Positions 1 to 16,410 of a stretch of 64,000 bases of DNA are shown here, one piece after another. Position 1 is the first letter of the stretch. Each line of letters opens with the position of its first letter. Source of the stretch: the human T2T-CHM13v2.0 reference genome, Homo sapiens; the NCBI GenBank assembly GCA_009914755.4, contig CP086569.2, positions 13,728,001-13,792,000 of the forward strand, read 5' to 3'. The notes beneath the pieces are model-generated. The model was not told the origin of the DNA. It saw nothing but the letters and a program-made list of their open reading frames with translations, and searched no databases. Made by a program: the position numbers and the translations under genes.

Positions 1-130
1 TTATAACTTTATATTTTTATATATATAGGTATATTTTTCTTTACAAATTTGTAAAGTGATGATTCCCTAACATCCTCCAAAAGTGACCAATAAAATTTGG
101 CCTCTTTTTAGGTTTGGAAAACCTCAATTA

Positions 131-410
131 GGCCAGCTGCAGTGGCTCACACTAGTAGCCCCATCACTTTGGGAGGCCAAGGCAAACAGATCACTTGAGC
201 CCATGAGTTCAAGACCACCCTGGGCAACATGGCAATACCCCATCTCTACTAAAAATGCAAAAACTTAGCTGGGCGTGGTGGCCTGTGCCAGTAGTCCCAG
301 CTACCTGGGACGCTGAGGCAGGAGGATCACCTCAACCGTAATGGAGCCACTGGCCTCCAGCCTCAGCAACAGAGGGAGACCCTATCTCAAAAAAAAAAAC
401 AAAGAAAGAG
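131..410 (+). mobile_element. Alu SINE, full length
   Basis: Starts ggccagctgcagtggctcac; contains the ...gagaccctatctc motif; A-rich tail at 386-410. Confidence 0.9.
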
Positions 411-1908
411 CTCAGTTACATCTTGAACTTGTCTTTTTTGTTTGTTTGTTTCACCTATTTTATCAAGGCCTACTTTGTGTTATACATGCTACTAAACACT
501 GTAGCACAACTTTTTACTATATACTGTAATACATGCTCTTCCTAATGTGTAGAAAAATGCTGCTGCCCCTCATAAGAATTTAGAGTTCTTTCAACAAGAT
601 ACTTCCTTGATAGCTCAGAGATAGGAAAGGAAAGGGCTCTTCTGATTTCTGAGCTGCTTTTTCTGTTGCACTTATGGCAGCCACCCTTATATGTATTAGC
701 ATATCACTTTGATTCCTTTTGAAAGTCACAAACTTACAGTACACTGACTCCCCATTATATCTCTCAGTATAAATTTCTGTATTCTGTAGCTGAGCTGTAA
801 GCCTAGATTATAAGTACGATATGCATATATAATTCTTCTTTTCCTCTTTCAGTTATGTAACTTCACACGTGCCTTGCTCCCCTTTTTACCTGTTTCAACT
901 GTTTTTTTCTTTCCCTAGCGTATGCTTTCTTTACCTCGACTTTTTTCTGCAATCTAGTCAACAATTCTGTTCCTGTTCTTCCAATTTACTATAACACTTT
1001 TAGATTTGTCTTCAAATCTTTCACTTAATAATATATGTGTGATAACTGAATACACAGTTACATAATTATATACATTATAGAGGAATTTCATACACACATA
1101 TATAGATATATATCGTTTTGCTTCTTTATAATCTGTATTTAAATGTATTAAGCTATAATGTGTTTGTACTTAAATATGTATGTTTTTGTCCTCTCAGTGA
1201 TTCTCTCCAAATAAGTGTGGAGCTCACAATTTGTCCTAAAACATTTGTGTTACACAAACTGTAGACACATATGTTCCTATTACATTTTTTTCTTTTGTGG
1301 TAAAGTTCTCATAAAATTCAACATTTTAACCATTTAATAGTGTACAATTCAGTGCTTTTTGGTACATTCAGAATTTTTGTGAAAATATCACTACCATTTG
1401 GTTCCAGGACATTTTCCTCACCAAAAAAAGAGGTTCCCTGCTCATTAAAGAATCATTCAGCCCACTTTTCTCTTCTTCCTACCCCGACAACAAAAAATTA
1501 CTTTTCTCTCTATATAGGTTTGCATATTTTTGATATTTCTTGTAATTTAATCACAGCATATATGGCCTTTCTGTCTAGCTTCTAATGTTAAATATGGTGT
1601 GTTTAAGGTATGTCCATTTTGTAACATGTATCGGCACTTTGTTCATTTTATGGCTGAATTATATTTCATTGTATGACTAGACCATGTTTTATTTATCCAT
1701 TGATTAACTTTGGATGGTTTCCGTCTTTGAGCTATTGTGAATAGTGCCTCTGTGAAAATTCATGAACAAGTTTGTGTGTGGATCCATGTTTCATTTCTTT
1801 TTGGAGTAGACCTAGAAATGCGGTTACTGGGTCATGTGGTAATTCTATGTCTAATTTTTTGTGGAGCCACCAAATTGGTTTCCAAAGCCCCTGTAGAATT
1901 TTACATTT

Positions 1909-2252
1909 TCTTTTTTTTTTTTTTTTTCCTTGAGAAGTAGTCTCACTCTGTTACCCAGGCTGGAGTACAGTGGTGCAATCTCAGTTCACAGCAGCCTTTA
2001 CATCCCGGGTTCAAGCAACCGTCCTGCCTCAGCCTCCCTGCCTCAGCTCCTGAGTAGCTGGGACTGCAGGAGTGCTCCATCAGCACTCCACCACAGCTGA
2101 TTTTTGTATTTTCAGTAGAGACAGGGTTTTTAGTAGAGATGAGATTTGGCCATATTGGCCAGGCTGGTCTCAAACTCCAGACCTCGGATGATCTGCCGAC
2201 CTTGGCCTCCCAAAGTGCTGGTATTATAGGTGTGAGCCACTGGCCCTGGCCC
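1909..2252 (-). mobile_element. Alu SINE (antisense) nested in the L1
   Basis: Poly-T start, then the gagaagtagtctcactctgttacccaggctggagt motif; ends ...ggtgtgagccactggccctggccc. Flanking repeat acattttc on both sides. Confidence 0.9.
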
Positions 2253-2624
2253 AGACATTTACATTTTCTGTCAGCAAATTATGAAGGTTACAGTTTCTCT
2301 ACATCTGTCAACACTTGCTGTTTCCTTACTTTTAGTATATCCATCTTGAAATATGTGAAGTGTATCTTATTTTGAATTTGATTTGCATTTCCCTAATGAC
2401 TGTTAGTACTATTGAGCATTTTGCATGTACTTATTAGCAATTTCTGTACTTTTTTGAGGAAATGTCTGTTGAAGTACTTTTCTCATTTTTTGATTGCCTT
2501 TTGTTGTTGCATTGTAAGACTTCTTTGTATCTTTTTTGCGTATTTGTGATATTAGGCCCTTAAAGATAAATTATTTAGAAATATTTTCTCCCATCTGTGG
2601 ATTATCCTCTCAGTATATTTATAG

Positions 2625-3011
<387 letters not shown>

Positions 3012-3071
3012 TGATTTACTATTTCTATCGTGGCAGAATGTGCATAACATAAAAATTCACCCTTTTAATAG

Positions 3072-3444
<373 letters not shown>

Positions 3445-5189
3445 AGTTTTTCTTCTTTTAAATTGAAACTTTATATTCATTAATAATAGCTCCCTCATAT
3501 CCCCATATTGATTTTGAGGTGCTGATTTGGAAACTTTGTTGAATTATTTTATCATAGTGATGTATACTTGTGTGTAATCGTTAGGATTTCAATTTGGATG
3601 CTTTTTGTTTCTTATTTCTTTAATGATTGTCTAGGAGAATTACTGTGTCAAATAGAAGTGGTAAAAGTGCATATCTTTGAGTTGTTCCTGGTCTTAGAGG
3701 AAAAGCTCTTAGTCTTTCATCATTAAAACCTTGTCTTAGACAAGCTTGTCCAACCTGCCTTATTTCATTGTTATGTTTTGTTTTCTTTTAGGCTAAAAGC
3801 AGCCTGAAGCCATGGGTTTTTAGTTTCTGTGTCTAGTGATAAGATTAAACGAGGGTGAGGAAGGAACTTTACTGGCCTATCAAGAAACAGAAACTCAGAA
3901 CCCATGAGTGTATTCTCTCCCTTGGACAATCCTGCCTTAGACCATATTTAAATATTGACTCAGTATGAATCAAAGCTAAACATAATAAATAAAATTTTAT
4001 AAGTTTAAAGGGAAAATTTATGACATTGGATTTGGCAGTGATTTGTTTGATTACATCAAAAGTACAGGCAGCAGAAGAAAAAGTAGATAAAGAATAAAAG
4101 TCATATTCTGATATCCAGTGAAAATATCTCTTAGTAGTTACTGGGATATACATTTATTCTCATGAGAAAGGAAACTTGTGAAGAAATTTCTAAATTCTGT
4201 CAAAAGTTTTGGCAGAAAGGTAGTTAAACACAGGGACACATGTAATTGCAAGAAAGAATACAAGCAGGAAATGGTATATGTAGTAGTCTTATTTTTCTTT
4301 CCTAGTTTGTTTAAATTTCTATGAGTATTGAAAATAAAAATAACATTAAGGGGTAATTATGCATGGTTTTAGTATGTTTGACAATTATATATGGAGAAAA
4401 GTAAATGCTTATTATTTGGCTGTGAAGCTTCTGTATCTTAATGGAAGTGGTAAAATATTAACACTGTGATAATGTAATTCATAAAGCAATTGTATATAAT
4501 TTATACATATATTCTGTATATGTATTTACATACATATATATTTGTGTGTGTTTATGTAAAATTACACAGACATAGACAGCTAAACGTACATACAGAAATA
4601 AGTACAAGTAAAACCTAGAGAAATGTAATTTAAGATTTTGGCTTGTACCAATAATAGTATCCCAATTGTGATACTGTGTTACATAGTTTTGCAAGATGCT
4701 ATTGCTGGGGAAATTGGATAAAAGATATCTTTATTAAAATACAGAAACAGAGAAAACAGCATCTCTGTTATTTCTTAAAACTCCATGTGATTCTACAATT
4801 ATCTCAACTTTTTTAAAAAAAAAATCCAAGCTTGGAAAAAGAAAATAGGAAATCACTAACCAAGAAAAGTTGAAAGAACCATCCCAAGTAACTCTGGAAG
4901 ACAGTGTATTGAGTAGGTACTGTAAAGCTAAATAAAAAGAACTGTACAGAAGTACTAATCTCTGCAATTCTATTTCCAAGTGTTACCAATTCTGGAACTA
5001 CTTTAGATGTTTATTAGAGGTGAACAAATCTAGCACAGATAATAACAGCCAGGATTGTAATTTTTGTAAAGATAAGTTACAGGTAAGGGAAGGTAGGTGG
5101 CTTGAGTGAACAGTGGTATGTAGTTGTAGTCATGTTTATTTTAAACTACATACGTGGTGTGATATGTATGTATGCTTCTTGGTGGTTGT

Positions 5190-5509
<320 letters not shown>

Positions 5510-5670
5510 TCTTGTATATATGTTTTAAGTTTAGACACATACATACAGATAGGCGTAGCAATAGAGATATGTGTGTGTGAGCATTGATGTGGTATATACA
5601 CATATATTTCCAAGTTCTGTGCACTGAGAATGTCTAAAAATAATGACCCCAATAATGTAGGTGTCTAACG

Positions 5671-5782
5671 GTTGGTACCTAGAGCTTAATTTGTACATAG
5701 TTATCTAGGCAGTTGGTATCTAGAGCTTAATTTGTACATAGGTATCTAGCAGTTGGTATCTAGAGTTTAATTTGTAAGTACC
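5671..5782. repeat. Tandem repeat, ~40-bp unit x ~2.8 copies
   Basis: gttggtacctagagcttaatttgtacatagttatctaggca / gttggtatctagagcttaatttgtacataggtatctagca / gttggtatctagagtttaatttgtaagtacc. Confidence 0.75.
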
Positions 5783-6149
5783 ATTTTCTGATGAAAAGGA
5801 ACCAGACCTGCCTGGAAAGTTGGTGTGTTCCCAGGCAGGAGCAGACGACTATGAGCATATTGGCCTAGATGCAAGCCATTAAGGAAATTGTCAAAAAAGA
5901 AAAGAAATAATACCAAGTCAGCATAGGAGCCAACTGAAAAGCTCTCGTGTTTAATATTGAAACAATTTTAGGAAAAAGATAAATAATAATAGTATTAGAT
6001 TATAATACTTAGCATAAAATAAATGCTCATACTGATAGAAGCAAATAACTGAATAAATAAATGAAGGAAATAGAGTAACACCATTAGAGCATCACAGTAA
6101 TAACTGATGCAAGAAAGATTCACTGATTACCAAAATTAGTGGGGAATAG

Positions 6150-6513
<364 letters not shown>

Positions 6514-6574
6514 GTAAACGGTATATTTTCATATAGGAATTATTAACCTGTTTTGTACCTTAAAACTAGGGGAG

Positions 6575-6904
6575 CAGCCAGGTATGGTGGCTTATGCCTG
6601 TAATCCCAGCACTTTGGGAGGCCAAGGTGCGCGGATCACTTGAGCCCAGGAGTTGAACACTAGCCTGGCTAACATGGTGAAACCTCCATCTCTCCTAAAA
6701 ATACAGAAATTAGCTGGGCATGGTGATGCATACCTGTAGTCCCAGCTACTCAGGAAGCTAAGGGAAGAGGATTGCTTGAACCCAATAAGTTGAGGCTGTG
6801 GTGAGCTGTGATTATATCACTGCACTCCAGCCTGGACAATAGGGCAAGATCCTATCTTAAAAAAAAAACAAAAATGAAAAAGAAAAAAAAAGGAAAGAAA
6901 AAAA
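6575..6904 (+). mobile_element. Alu SINE
   Basis: ggagcagccaggtatggtggcttatgcctgtaatcccagcactttgggagg ... A-rich tail at 6860-6904. Confidence 0.9.
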
Positions 6905-7954
6905 TACAGTGGAGAAAATAGTAAATTAAACCCAAAACAAGCAAAGATTTTTCAGAAGTACTAGAAACCAATGAAGTTGGAAAAAAAAAAAAAAAAAAAG
7001 AAGTGATAGAGAAAGAAACTTTAGAGTAGTGCTAAAAATGAAAACAATGTGTTTTTACTTCTTGTCAGCTTGAAGTAATTTGGACTTAATTTGCCTCCTT
7101 TGGTGAAACAATTTTTTAAAAATATACAGATAAAGTACATTAAACTATGGCTTCAACACATTAGGCATCAGACAAAAAAGGAATATTATTCTTGAGATAG
7201 GAAACAAATGAGAGCCCTGCAGTAGCCTTAGTTAGTCTACAGTGTAGGGTGGGACAGTGAATCAGACCAATGGAATTCCTGACTTAAGGAAACATTGTGG
7301 AGAATCCAAGGAGACTAAAGGATCTAAGGTTTGTAATAGTGCATCAGAGAGCTGCATTAATTCTAGTAATTTTTATTTCTCCTTGAATATTCAAGAGAGA
7401 ACTAAGCACTACATGTAAATCGGGAAACAAATTGGGGTAAGGAAAGAAACACATGAAAGAATTAGAGGGAGCAGTCTAAATTCTCACAGAACAGGAAAAA
7501 TAGCTGTTCCTCCCAGCCACATTAGAAAAACTGTTAGTTCACAGGGTATAGAGTATCTAGAAGAGCCTTGTTCGGTACCAAGGAATACTTATTCCTATAC
7601 TATGCACTGTTTTTGGCTACCTAAAGTGTGAACAGGAAAATCAAACTACGTCTCAAACCAAGCTAGAGAAAGTTTAAAAGAGTACAGAATATCAAGCATT
7701 GAATAAGGTAAAATTCAAAATATCTCTATCTAGTCAAAGATTATCAGGCATGCAAAGAAGCAGGAACATATGACCTACCATGTGAAGAATCAACAAATAG
7801 GTGGACCTGACCTAGAACTGACTCAGATGTTAAACGATAAAAACTTTTAAAAGTTTTTGTAATGTATATTCATATGTTCAAAAAGTTAGAGATAAGCAAA
7901 ATTACAACAAAGCTCTGCAGATGAAGACTTAAAAGAGATGAAAAATACGCTAAG

Positions 7955-8265
<311 letters not shown>

Positions 8266-11200
8266 TTAACAGCTGATAACACACTGCAGAAGAAAAGATC
8301 TATTAAATGTATTCATTATAAAACACAAGGGTAAAATGATTTTCTAAAACAAAAGAGTATCACTGAGCTGTGGGACAACCTTAGATGATCTAATTAATTT
8401 CCCCAAAACAGGAGAAGGAAATCAAAAAAAAAAAAAAAGGCATTAGAAGATATGATGGCCTAAAACTAAATAAAAAGTTTTTATTAAGATTCTTCAAGAA
8501 CTACTTTGCTTGATAGCAAAATATGACAAACATTTAAAAATACTGAAACTACAGACCACATTTCTGGTGTTAGATGCACGGTTTCTAAAAATAATTTTGG
8601 AAGTTGAAGTGAACAATGTTAAAGACAATACCTGATGACAAAGGAGAATATATTTTAGGAAAGCTTAGTTGGTTTAAATCAATTAATATACTTACATTAA
8701 ACAAACTAAAAAGGAAACTTATATGATGACTTCAGTAGATGTAAGAAAACATTTGACAAAATAGATTTTCCTGATAAACATCAGCACAACTAATAATGAA
8801 AGAAAACCTGATAAAAGGCATCTGCAGACAGCCTACAGCTATCATGTTGAATGCAAATTCATTATTGTGAGTGGAAAAAAAAAGACAGGAATGGTGGATA
8901 TCGTGTGATTGTATTAGTATTAAAATTATAGAAAATGGAAATATTCTAATTGGCAGAAAGCACAAAGTGGTTGCTTGAGATGGGAAGAATGGGATGGCAG
9001 GGGCAAAATGGAGAGGTTAAAAAGGAAAATCATTTGAGTGTTGGATACATTCATTATCTTGACTGAGGTGATTTTACAAGGGGTGTGTGTATGTGTGTTG
9101 TTATAATTTATCGTTTATGCTTCTGTTTACTGTATATGAACACTCTTTACCGAAACAAACAAAAAAACCAACAACATTGAAAACTAATTGCAGCTTCTGA
9201 ATGCTGAACACTGAAAAAAAACTGCAGAGATCAAAGAAGGTAAAAATTGATAGAAAAAAACTCACAACGATTTTTTTTTCCCACAAGACCATGCAGATAC
9301 CATACTATCCCTTTAATGAAAGATGAAATATTGCTAACATGTCAGTTCTTCCCAAATTGATTTATAAACCTATGTTTTCTATCAGGATATTTACATATAT
9401 TAATTTACCAATTATTAGCATGAAAGGAAAGAGGACAAGGAAAGCTAAAACAATTTGGGAAAGGAAATGATCCAAATTGGAGAACTTCCACTGCGTGATT
9501 TCAAGACTGCCATTAAAGCCACAAAAATTAAAACATGGCATTAATAAAAGGATAGGCACAAAGATTAATACCATGTGTAGCTTTGGAAAATAATGTATAC
9601 TAATATGACTAATGTCCCAGATCATTTAATGAAAAGACTTCGCATTTTTCCCATCTTGGGGAGAGAATGCAAAGTCTTCACTTTTAGTGATTTGGGACAA
9701 CTGGACATTCATATCCTTTCCCCTAAAGTGAACCTCAACCTGTGCCTTATACAAATTTAATGCAAAATGAAACTCAGACCTAGAATGTGAGAATATTGAA
9801 GAAAAACCTTTTGTCACTTTGAATTGTTATCAAACAATATTTAGATGATAATTCATAAATGTTGATACGTGTGACTTCATCAAAAGGAAAGCCATATACT
9901 CTTCCAAAGACGACATTAGGAAAATGAAAAGGCATAGCATGGGAAAAATATTTGCAAAATACATACAAAATAAAGAATTTTCCTAGCTCAATATTAAAAA
10001 GTACATAATTAAAATTCTTAAAATATTTGAAAACTTAACCAAAGAAGATAAATGGTATAAAACTGTGTTCAACATCATTATTCATTAGGGGTTTTTATGT
10101 TAAAACCACAACAGATACAACTACACCCCTGTTTTTTTCTGGTGCTGGTTTGGATCAGGAGTACATGATACTCAGCCGTTACTGATAAAATTTTCCAAAG
10201 TTGTGATCCTTTGGGAAACTGCCAGTTTCTTACAAACTTATTCATAAACTTAATGTACAACTAAGCAGGCTGACTCCTGGATATTTATCAAAATGAACTG
10301 AGGACTAAGATAGAGCCTGTCTGTAGGTATTTATAGCAGCTTTATCAGCAGTGCTAAATTGCTTGTGTCCCAGCAATTTTGGGAACAACTTTTGTCCCTT
10401 GAATGGCTAATAGATAAGTAAATTCTGGTACATTCATATGGTGAAATACAACACGGCAAAGAAAAAGGATTAAGCTATTGACACACTGAGCTGAGTTAAA
10501 GGTTCACATTCATTGTGCTAAAGGAAAGCCTCAAATCTACATCTAACATATAGAAGCCTGACAAAGATGCTGCAAGAAAATTATAGACCAGTAATCCATT
10601 ATGAACATGGATGCAAAATTCCACAACAAAATACTAGCAAACCCAATTTAGCAGCATGTTAAAAGAATATTATATCATGACCAAGTGGGGTTTATTCTAA
10701 GAATATGTGCATGATTCAACAAGTGAAACTAATCAGTGTAATACACCACTTTAATAAATGAGCAAAAAATAGCACATTGTCATCTCAATTGAGATGGAGG
10801 AAACATTTAACAGAACTGCCTTTCATGATAAAAACATGCAGTGAATACAGAACAGAAGGAAACTGCCTCAGCTTAATAAAAGCCATGTATAAAAAACTCT
10901 GAGCAAGCATATTTGTAATATAAAGCTTTTACTCTAAGATAACGAACAAGGCAAAGCTGCCCACTTATACCACCGCTGTTTAATATAATACTGGCAGTCC
11001 TACCCAGCACAGTTAGGCAAGAAAAAAGAAGAGGCATCCACATTGGAAAAGGAGCAGAAAAATTATCTCTGTTTACACATGCTGTGATGTTACATGTATA
11101 AATTTCTGAAGATACTCCTACGAAAACTGTTGGAGTAAATAATTGAATTAGGCAAAGTAGCAGAATGCAAAGTCTCACAAATATCAGTTGCATTTCTATA

Positions 11201-11305
11201 CAATAACAGTAAACAGTCCCAAAAAGAAAGTATGAAAACATTTATATAGCCATCAAAAAATAAAATACTTAGGTATTAATTTAACCAAGGTGGTGAAAGA
11301 TTTAT

Positions 11306-11482
11306 ATTGCTCTGCCATATAAGATGTGCTTGCTTCCGGTTCCCTGTCCACCATGATTAAGTTTCCTAAGGCCTATCAGTCTTGCTTCCTTACAGCCATG
11401 TGGAACCGAGTCACTTAAACTTTTCTGTATAAATTACCCAGTTTCAGTACTTAACAGCAGTGTGAAGACAGACTAATATGAC
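11306..11482 (+). mobile_element. MaLR LTR (THE1/MST/MLT1-like) 3' fragment nested in the old L1
   Basis: ...cagccatgtggaaccgagtcacttaaacttttctgtataaattacccagtttcagtacttaacagcagtgtgaagacagactaatat matches the conserved 3' end of MaLR LTRs. Confidence 0.5.
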
Positions 11483-11758
11483 CAAAAGATTTGAATAAAT
11501 GTTTTTTCAAGAAACATACAAATGGCTAAGAGGTACATATAAAAATGTTCAATATTACTAATCATAAAGGCAATGCACAACAAAACTGTATTGAAATACC
11601 ATTTTAGATGTATTATAATGACCATTATAAAAATAGTAATTGCTGGTGAGGCTGTGAAAAAATTGAAACCCTTGTGTACTAAGGGTGGGATTGTAAAATG
11701 GTACAGCCACTGTTGAAAACATATAGTGCTTCCTCAAAAAGTTAAAAGTAGAAGTACA

Positions 11759-12043
11759 GCCGGGTGTGGTGGCTCATGCTTGTAATCTCAGCACTTTGGG
11801 AGGTGGAGGCGGACAATCACCTGAGGTCGAGTTCGAGACCAGCCGGAAACCCCATCTCTACTAAAAATGCAAAAATTAGCTGGGCGTGGTGGCATACACC
11901 TATAATCTCAGCTATTCAGGAGGCTGGGGCAGGAGAATCACTTGAACTTGGGAAACAGAGGTTGCAGTGAGCCAAGATTGCACCACTGCTCTCTGGCTTT
12001 GATGACACAGCAAGACTCTGTCTCAAAAATAAATCAATAAAAG
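11759..12043 (+). mobile_element. Alu SINE
   Basis: gccgggtgtggtggctcatgcttgtaatctcagcactttgggagg ... tail at 12025-12043. Confidence 0.9.
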
Positions 12044-13963
12044 TAGAATTACCATATGCTCCAGCAATTTCTCTTATTTCCCTGGTGGGTATAAACCCAA
12101 AGGAATTGAAAGCAGGGTCTCAAAAGAGGTAGTGTACACTCGGTAGTTAGTGACATTCACAGTTGATAAATGTAAAAATATTTTTAGTTTGTATCATCTG
12201 ATAAATTGATAAATCTATATACATATTATGAAATGTTATTCACCATTGAAGGAAATTCTGTAATATGCTACAACATAGATGAGCCTTGAGGACTTTATGC
12301 TAAGTGAAATGATCCAAGTACAAAAACACAAATTCTGTATGATCCCACTTACATGAGGTTGTATTTATAGGTACCAAATGAATGCTGATTTTCAGAGGTT
12401 GTCAATAAGAAGTTTTTAGGGGTTGTTTAATGGGTATAATTTCAGTTTTGCAAGATGAAGAGAGGTCTGAGATGGAATGGTGTAATGGTAGTACAGCAGC
12501 CATCATGAATGTTCTTAATTCCACTAAACTTTACACTTAAATGATTTAAAAAGTAAATGTTGTGTTGTATTTATTTTACCACAGTAATATTAATTAAAAA
12601 CAAAAGAATAAAGCCACATTCCAGTTCATCAGTATTCTTAAAGGGTGGCCTTAAAGTTGAATGAATACTCCAGATGTGGTACCAGATTTCTCTTTATGTA
12701 TTAGTGAAGCCTAACACATTAGCATTTTACCCCTTTATTAGTTACATTGTCCTGTTGACTTGTACTGACAAACTAAAATCTCCTGGTTTTATAAAGAATC
12801 CTACTTGTTCTGTGCTCCTCTCTCTTTAATTTGCTGTCATACTTCTAAATTATCGATTACATTTTTCCTGATTAAATTTAATGTCTTTTTTAAAAAGGAT
12901 AAAAAGTAAATTATGTAAACTCTACCACAATAATAAAAAGGATGGAAACACTAAATCTATATGCTTTCCTGTATGTAATATTCTAGAAAAGGCTACTTCA
13001 GATTTATGAAGAACAGATCAGTGGTTGCCAGGAATTAATAGCAGGAGATTCATTTGGCTTACAAAGTGCTACTATTAGGAAATTTAGGAAGGTACTTAAG
13101 AGATTGTTTGATACTCCAATTGTGGTGGTTACACAGCTGGCTGCCATTTGTAAAACTCACATCCTATGGCTTCAACAGAGTAGCTTCTATTGTATGTGAA
13201 TTTTATTGTATGTATTAATATTTAAAATTTATTTTTAAATTTATAACAATTTTTTTAATTGTGAAAGTTCACCGCAAAGAAAAACACAGTGTACCACCTT
13301 AGCAAGTTCAAAATATTCCCATACCTTTTGCTAAAAATGACATTTTCTGATGCTTATTATTAGGAAAATATTGTTAGATGTTCTCAATAGCTTCCAGAAT
13401 AACCTCTTTCAGCAGCATTAGTTCTCATTTTGTATACTTATCATTGGTATTTTCTTAGGATTGGTTCACCTTTTATGCCTATTTAGATTACTGAAAATAT
13501 GTTTACTCTAGAACGGGGAAACCTTTCACTTTTCACTTGGAAAAATTGCTTTGATGAACAATGGTAACTAAGTGGTAGGATCTTTTCACTATATCACCAG
13601 AAATAAGCAGAATAAAGTTTTAACGCAGTAGTTATAGCATCCACATAAGCATTAGGTTCTTTCTCATGTAAATGTCATTTTTTACTTGAATTGAAAGTGC
13701 TTGAATATACTGTGCTTTATGAAGCAAACATTATTCTAAACCTACTATCCAGCTTAGTCACACCATTTATAACTTTTTGACACTGTAGTATCATTATTAC
13801 TGTAAGCACTTCGATTGTGTTGCATCTGCAAACAATGTGCGTTTCTCCTTTCTATGTGGCTTAAACTCTCAGCTTATGTTTGTCATTGTTATTTTTGTTG
13901 TTATAAAATATGGATATTCTAGGCATGTATTACATAACTCATTTTGTTTCCTTTCCTTCTTAG

Positions 13964-14137
13964 GCTTTGGGGTGAACCTGTTAATCTCCGTGAACAACAT
14001 GATGCCTTAGAGTTTTTTAATTCTTTGGTGGATAGTTTAGATGAAGCTTTAAAAGCTTTAGGACACCCGGCTATACTAAGTAAAGTCCTAGGAGGCTCCT
14101 TTGCTGATCAGAAGATCTGCCAAGGCTGCCCACATAG
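13964..14137 (+). CDS. USP9Y: USP9 (USP9Y-like) coding exon; USP catalytic domain region; peptide [57 protein letters not shown](R)
   Basis: Acceptor ttcttAG at 13962-13963; donor AG|GTAAGT at 14138. Translation matches the remembered USP9X/Y catalytic-domain sequence. Phase is continuous with the next exon (R codon split ag|g). Confidence 0.85.
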
Positions 14138-14540
14138 GTAAGTGCTAATTATGTTTTTAATGTATACTTCGTGTTGTTTTTTTTTTAATAATAGTGTAAA
14201 TCTTTCATTAGTACTTATATAAAAGCAGAGTGTACCAAAAGCCTAGGACTATGAATGAATTAAATTCATATGCATACTACACTATTCTGATTTTTTTCTT
14301 CCCAGGAACATTTGGTTAGTACTTCATTACTTCCTCAATTCATTCTTGTTTGCTTTGTCTTATCCTGTGTCTTAAAATGGCATTTTCCATAAATCTACAC
14401 TTATTCTTTAAATAGACATTTTCTTTTTATGTTCTAACTAGCAATCAGAATATTTAGATGGAACTTCCAAAGATAATTGGCAAGACTGGAGTAGTAACCC
14501 ATTATTCATGGTTTCAGTTTCCACCTCATCGTTCACTTTA

Positions 14541-14686
14541 GAAGGCCGAAGCAGGTGGATCACGAGGTCAGGAGATTGAGACGATCCTGGCCAACATGGT
14601 GAAACCCCATCTCTACAAAAATGCAAAAATTAGCTGAGTGTGGTGGCATGTGCCTGTAATCCCAGCTACTCTTCAAAAAAAAAAAT
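14541..14686 (+). mobile_element. Truncated Alu fragment
   Basis: gaaggccgaagcaggtggatcacgaggtcaggagattgagac...cccagctactc plus A-tail; lacks the 5' ~40 nt and the right monomer 3' half. Confidence 0.7.
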
Positions 14687-15311
14687 TAAGTGGAAGACTC
14701 CAGAAATAAACAATTTATAAGTTTTAAACTGTGCCCCATTCTAAATAATGTGATCAAATTTGGGGCTCTCCTGCTTTGTCCTTCTCAGGATGTAAATCAT
14801 CCCTTTTTCCAGCATATCCATACTGTCTCTGTGCCTGTTATCTACTTAGTTGCTGTCTCAGTTGTCAGATTGATTGTCAAAGATATCACACAACTTAGTT
14901 CAAATACCTCTTATTTTACTTAGTAATATTCTGGTAATTCAGATGCGCCAAAGAAAAGGCTAAAAGCGGCTGCTAATCTATTCCTGTGCATCATTTATAA
15001 ATTAAACATAATCACACTTAAGTATGTATGTTTAGGAAGAAAACAGAATATACATAGTATACAGAGTTCAATGCTATCTGAGGTTTTAGCCATCTCTTGG
15101 ATTTTGAAACATCTCCGAAGGAAGTAACATTTAAATGACTTAAATTACTCTCAATTCTTACTATTCTTGAGAAGTGTTACATATGCTTGCACATCAAACC
15201 ACTTAGCAAGATTTGACAAGACAGGAAACAGTAAAAATATCAGTAGCATAAATAAAATATTTATTCTAACTAAACTTGTTATTAGCATCCAAGACTTCTA
15301 TATTATAAGGC

Positions 15312-15624
15312 ATTGGGGGTTGTTTTGTTTTGTTCTGTTTTTTGAGATAGAGTCTCACTCTGTCACCCAGGTTGGAATGCAAGGACACAATCACAGCTCA
15401 TTGCAGCCTCAACCTTCCAAGCTCAAGTAGTCCTCTCACCTCAGCTTCCTAAGTAGCTAGCACTGCAGTCACATGCCATAACACCCAGCTAAATTTCGTA
15501 TTTCTTGTAGAATTAGGGTTTCACCATGTTTCCCAGGCTGGACTCGAACTCCAGGTTCAAGCTTTCCTCCTGCCTCAGCCTCCCAAAGTGCTGGGATTAC
15601 AGGCATGAGCCACTACACCTTGCC
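15312..15624 (-). mobile_element. Alu SINE (antisense), diverged (older subfamily)
   Basis: (gtttt)n, then gagatagagtctcactctgtcacccaggttggaatgcaagg ... ends gattacaggcatgagccactacaccttgcc; many substitutions. Confidence 0.8.
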
Positions 15625-15748
15625 AGAGTATCACTTTTAATTGTAGGATCTTTTAATTATTTTATTCTCTAAGATAGCCTTATACTTCTCTATGGGGTGG
15701 TTCCTGATCAAAAGCAACTTGCATAAGTCATTTATAAATGTAATTTCA

Positions 15749-16085
<337 letters not shown>

Positions 16086-16227
16086 GTTTAGACATTTTGA
16101 AAATATTGGTTAGATGAATGGATTTGATGGTTGACGTGCCTGCCCCATCTCATTTTCTGAGTTTGTAGAAAATTACCATAATCTGTGATGCTGACTCAGT
16201 CCCACATTATTTACTCTCTACTCCACT

Positions 16228-16410
16228 TATTTATTTATTTATTTATTTAAGACAGGGTCTCACTATGTTTCCCTGGCTGAAGTATAGTGATTATTCAAAA
16301 GTGTGATCATAGCACACAACAGCTTCAAACTCCTGGCCTCAAGTGACCCTCTCCTACATCAGCCTTTTGAGTAGCTGGCACTACAGACAAATGCCACCCC
16401 ACACCTGGCT
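16228..16410 (-). mobile_element. Alu-monomer-like (FLAM/FRAM-type) fragment, antisense
   Basis: (ttta)n, then agacagggtctcactatgtttccctggctgaagtatagtg ... ends gcactacagacaaatgccaccccacacctggc; only about 180 bp. Confidence 0.45.

Noticed and set aside
10873-11241. 122-aa minus-strand ORF
   Set aside because: It lies antisense within the ORF2 region of the degenerate old L1. It has no homology signal and shows transposon-derived codon bias.
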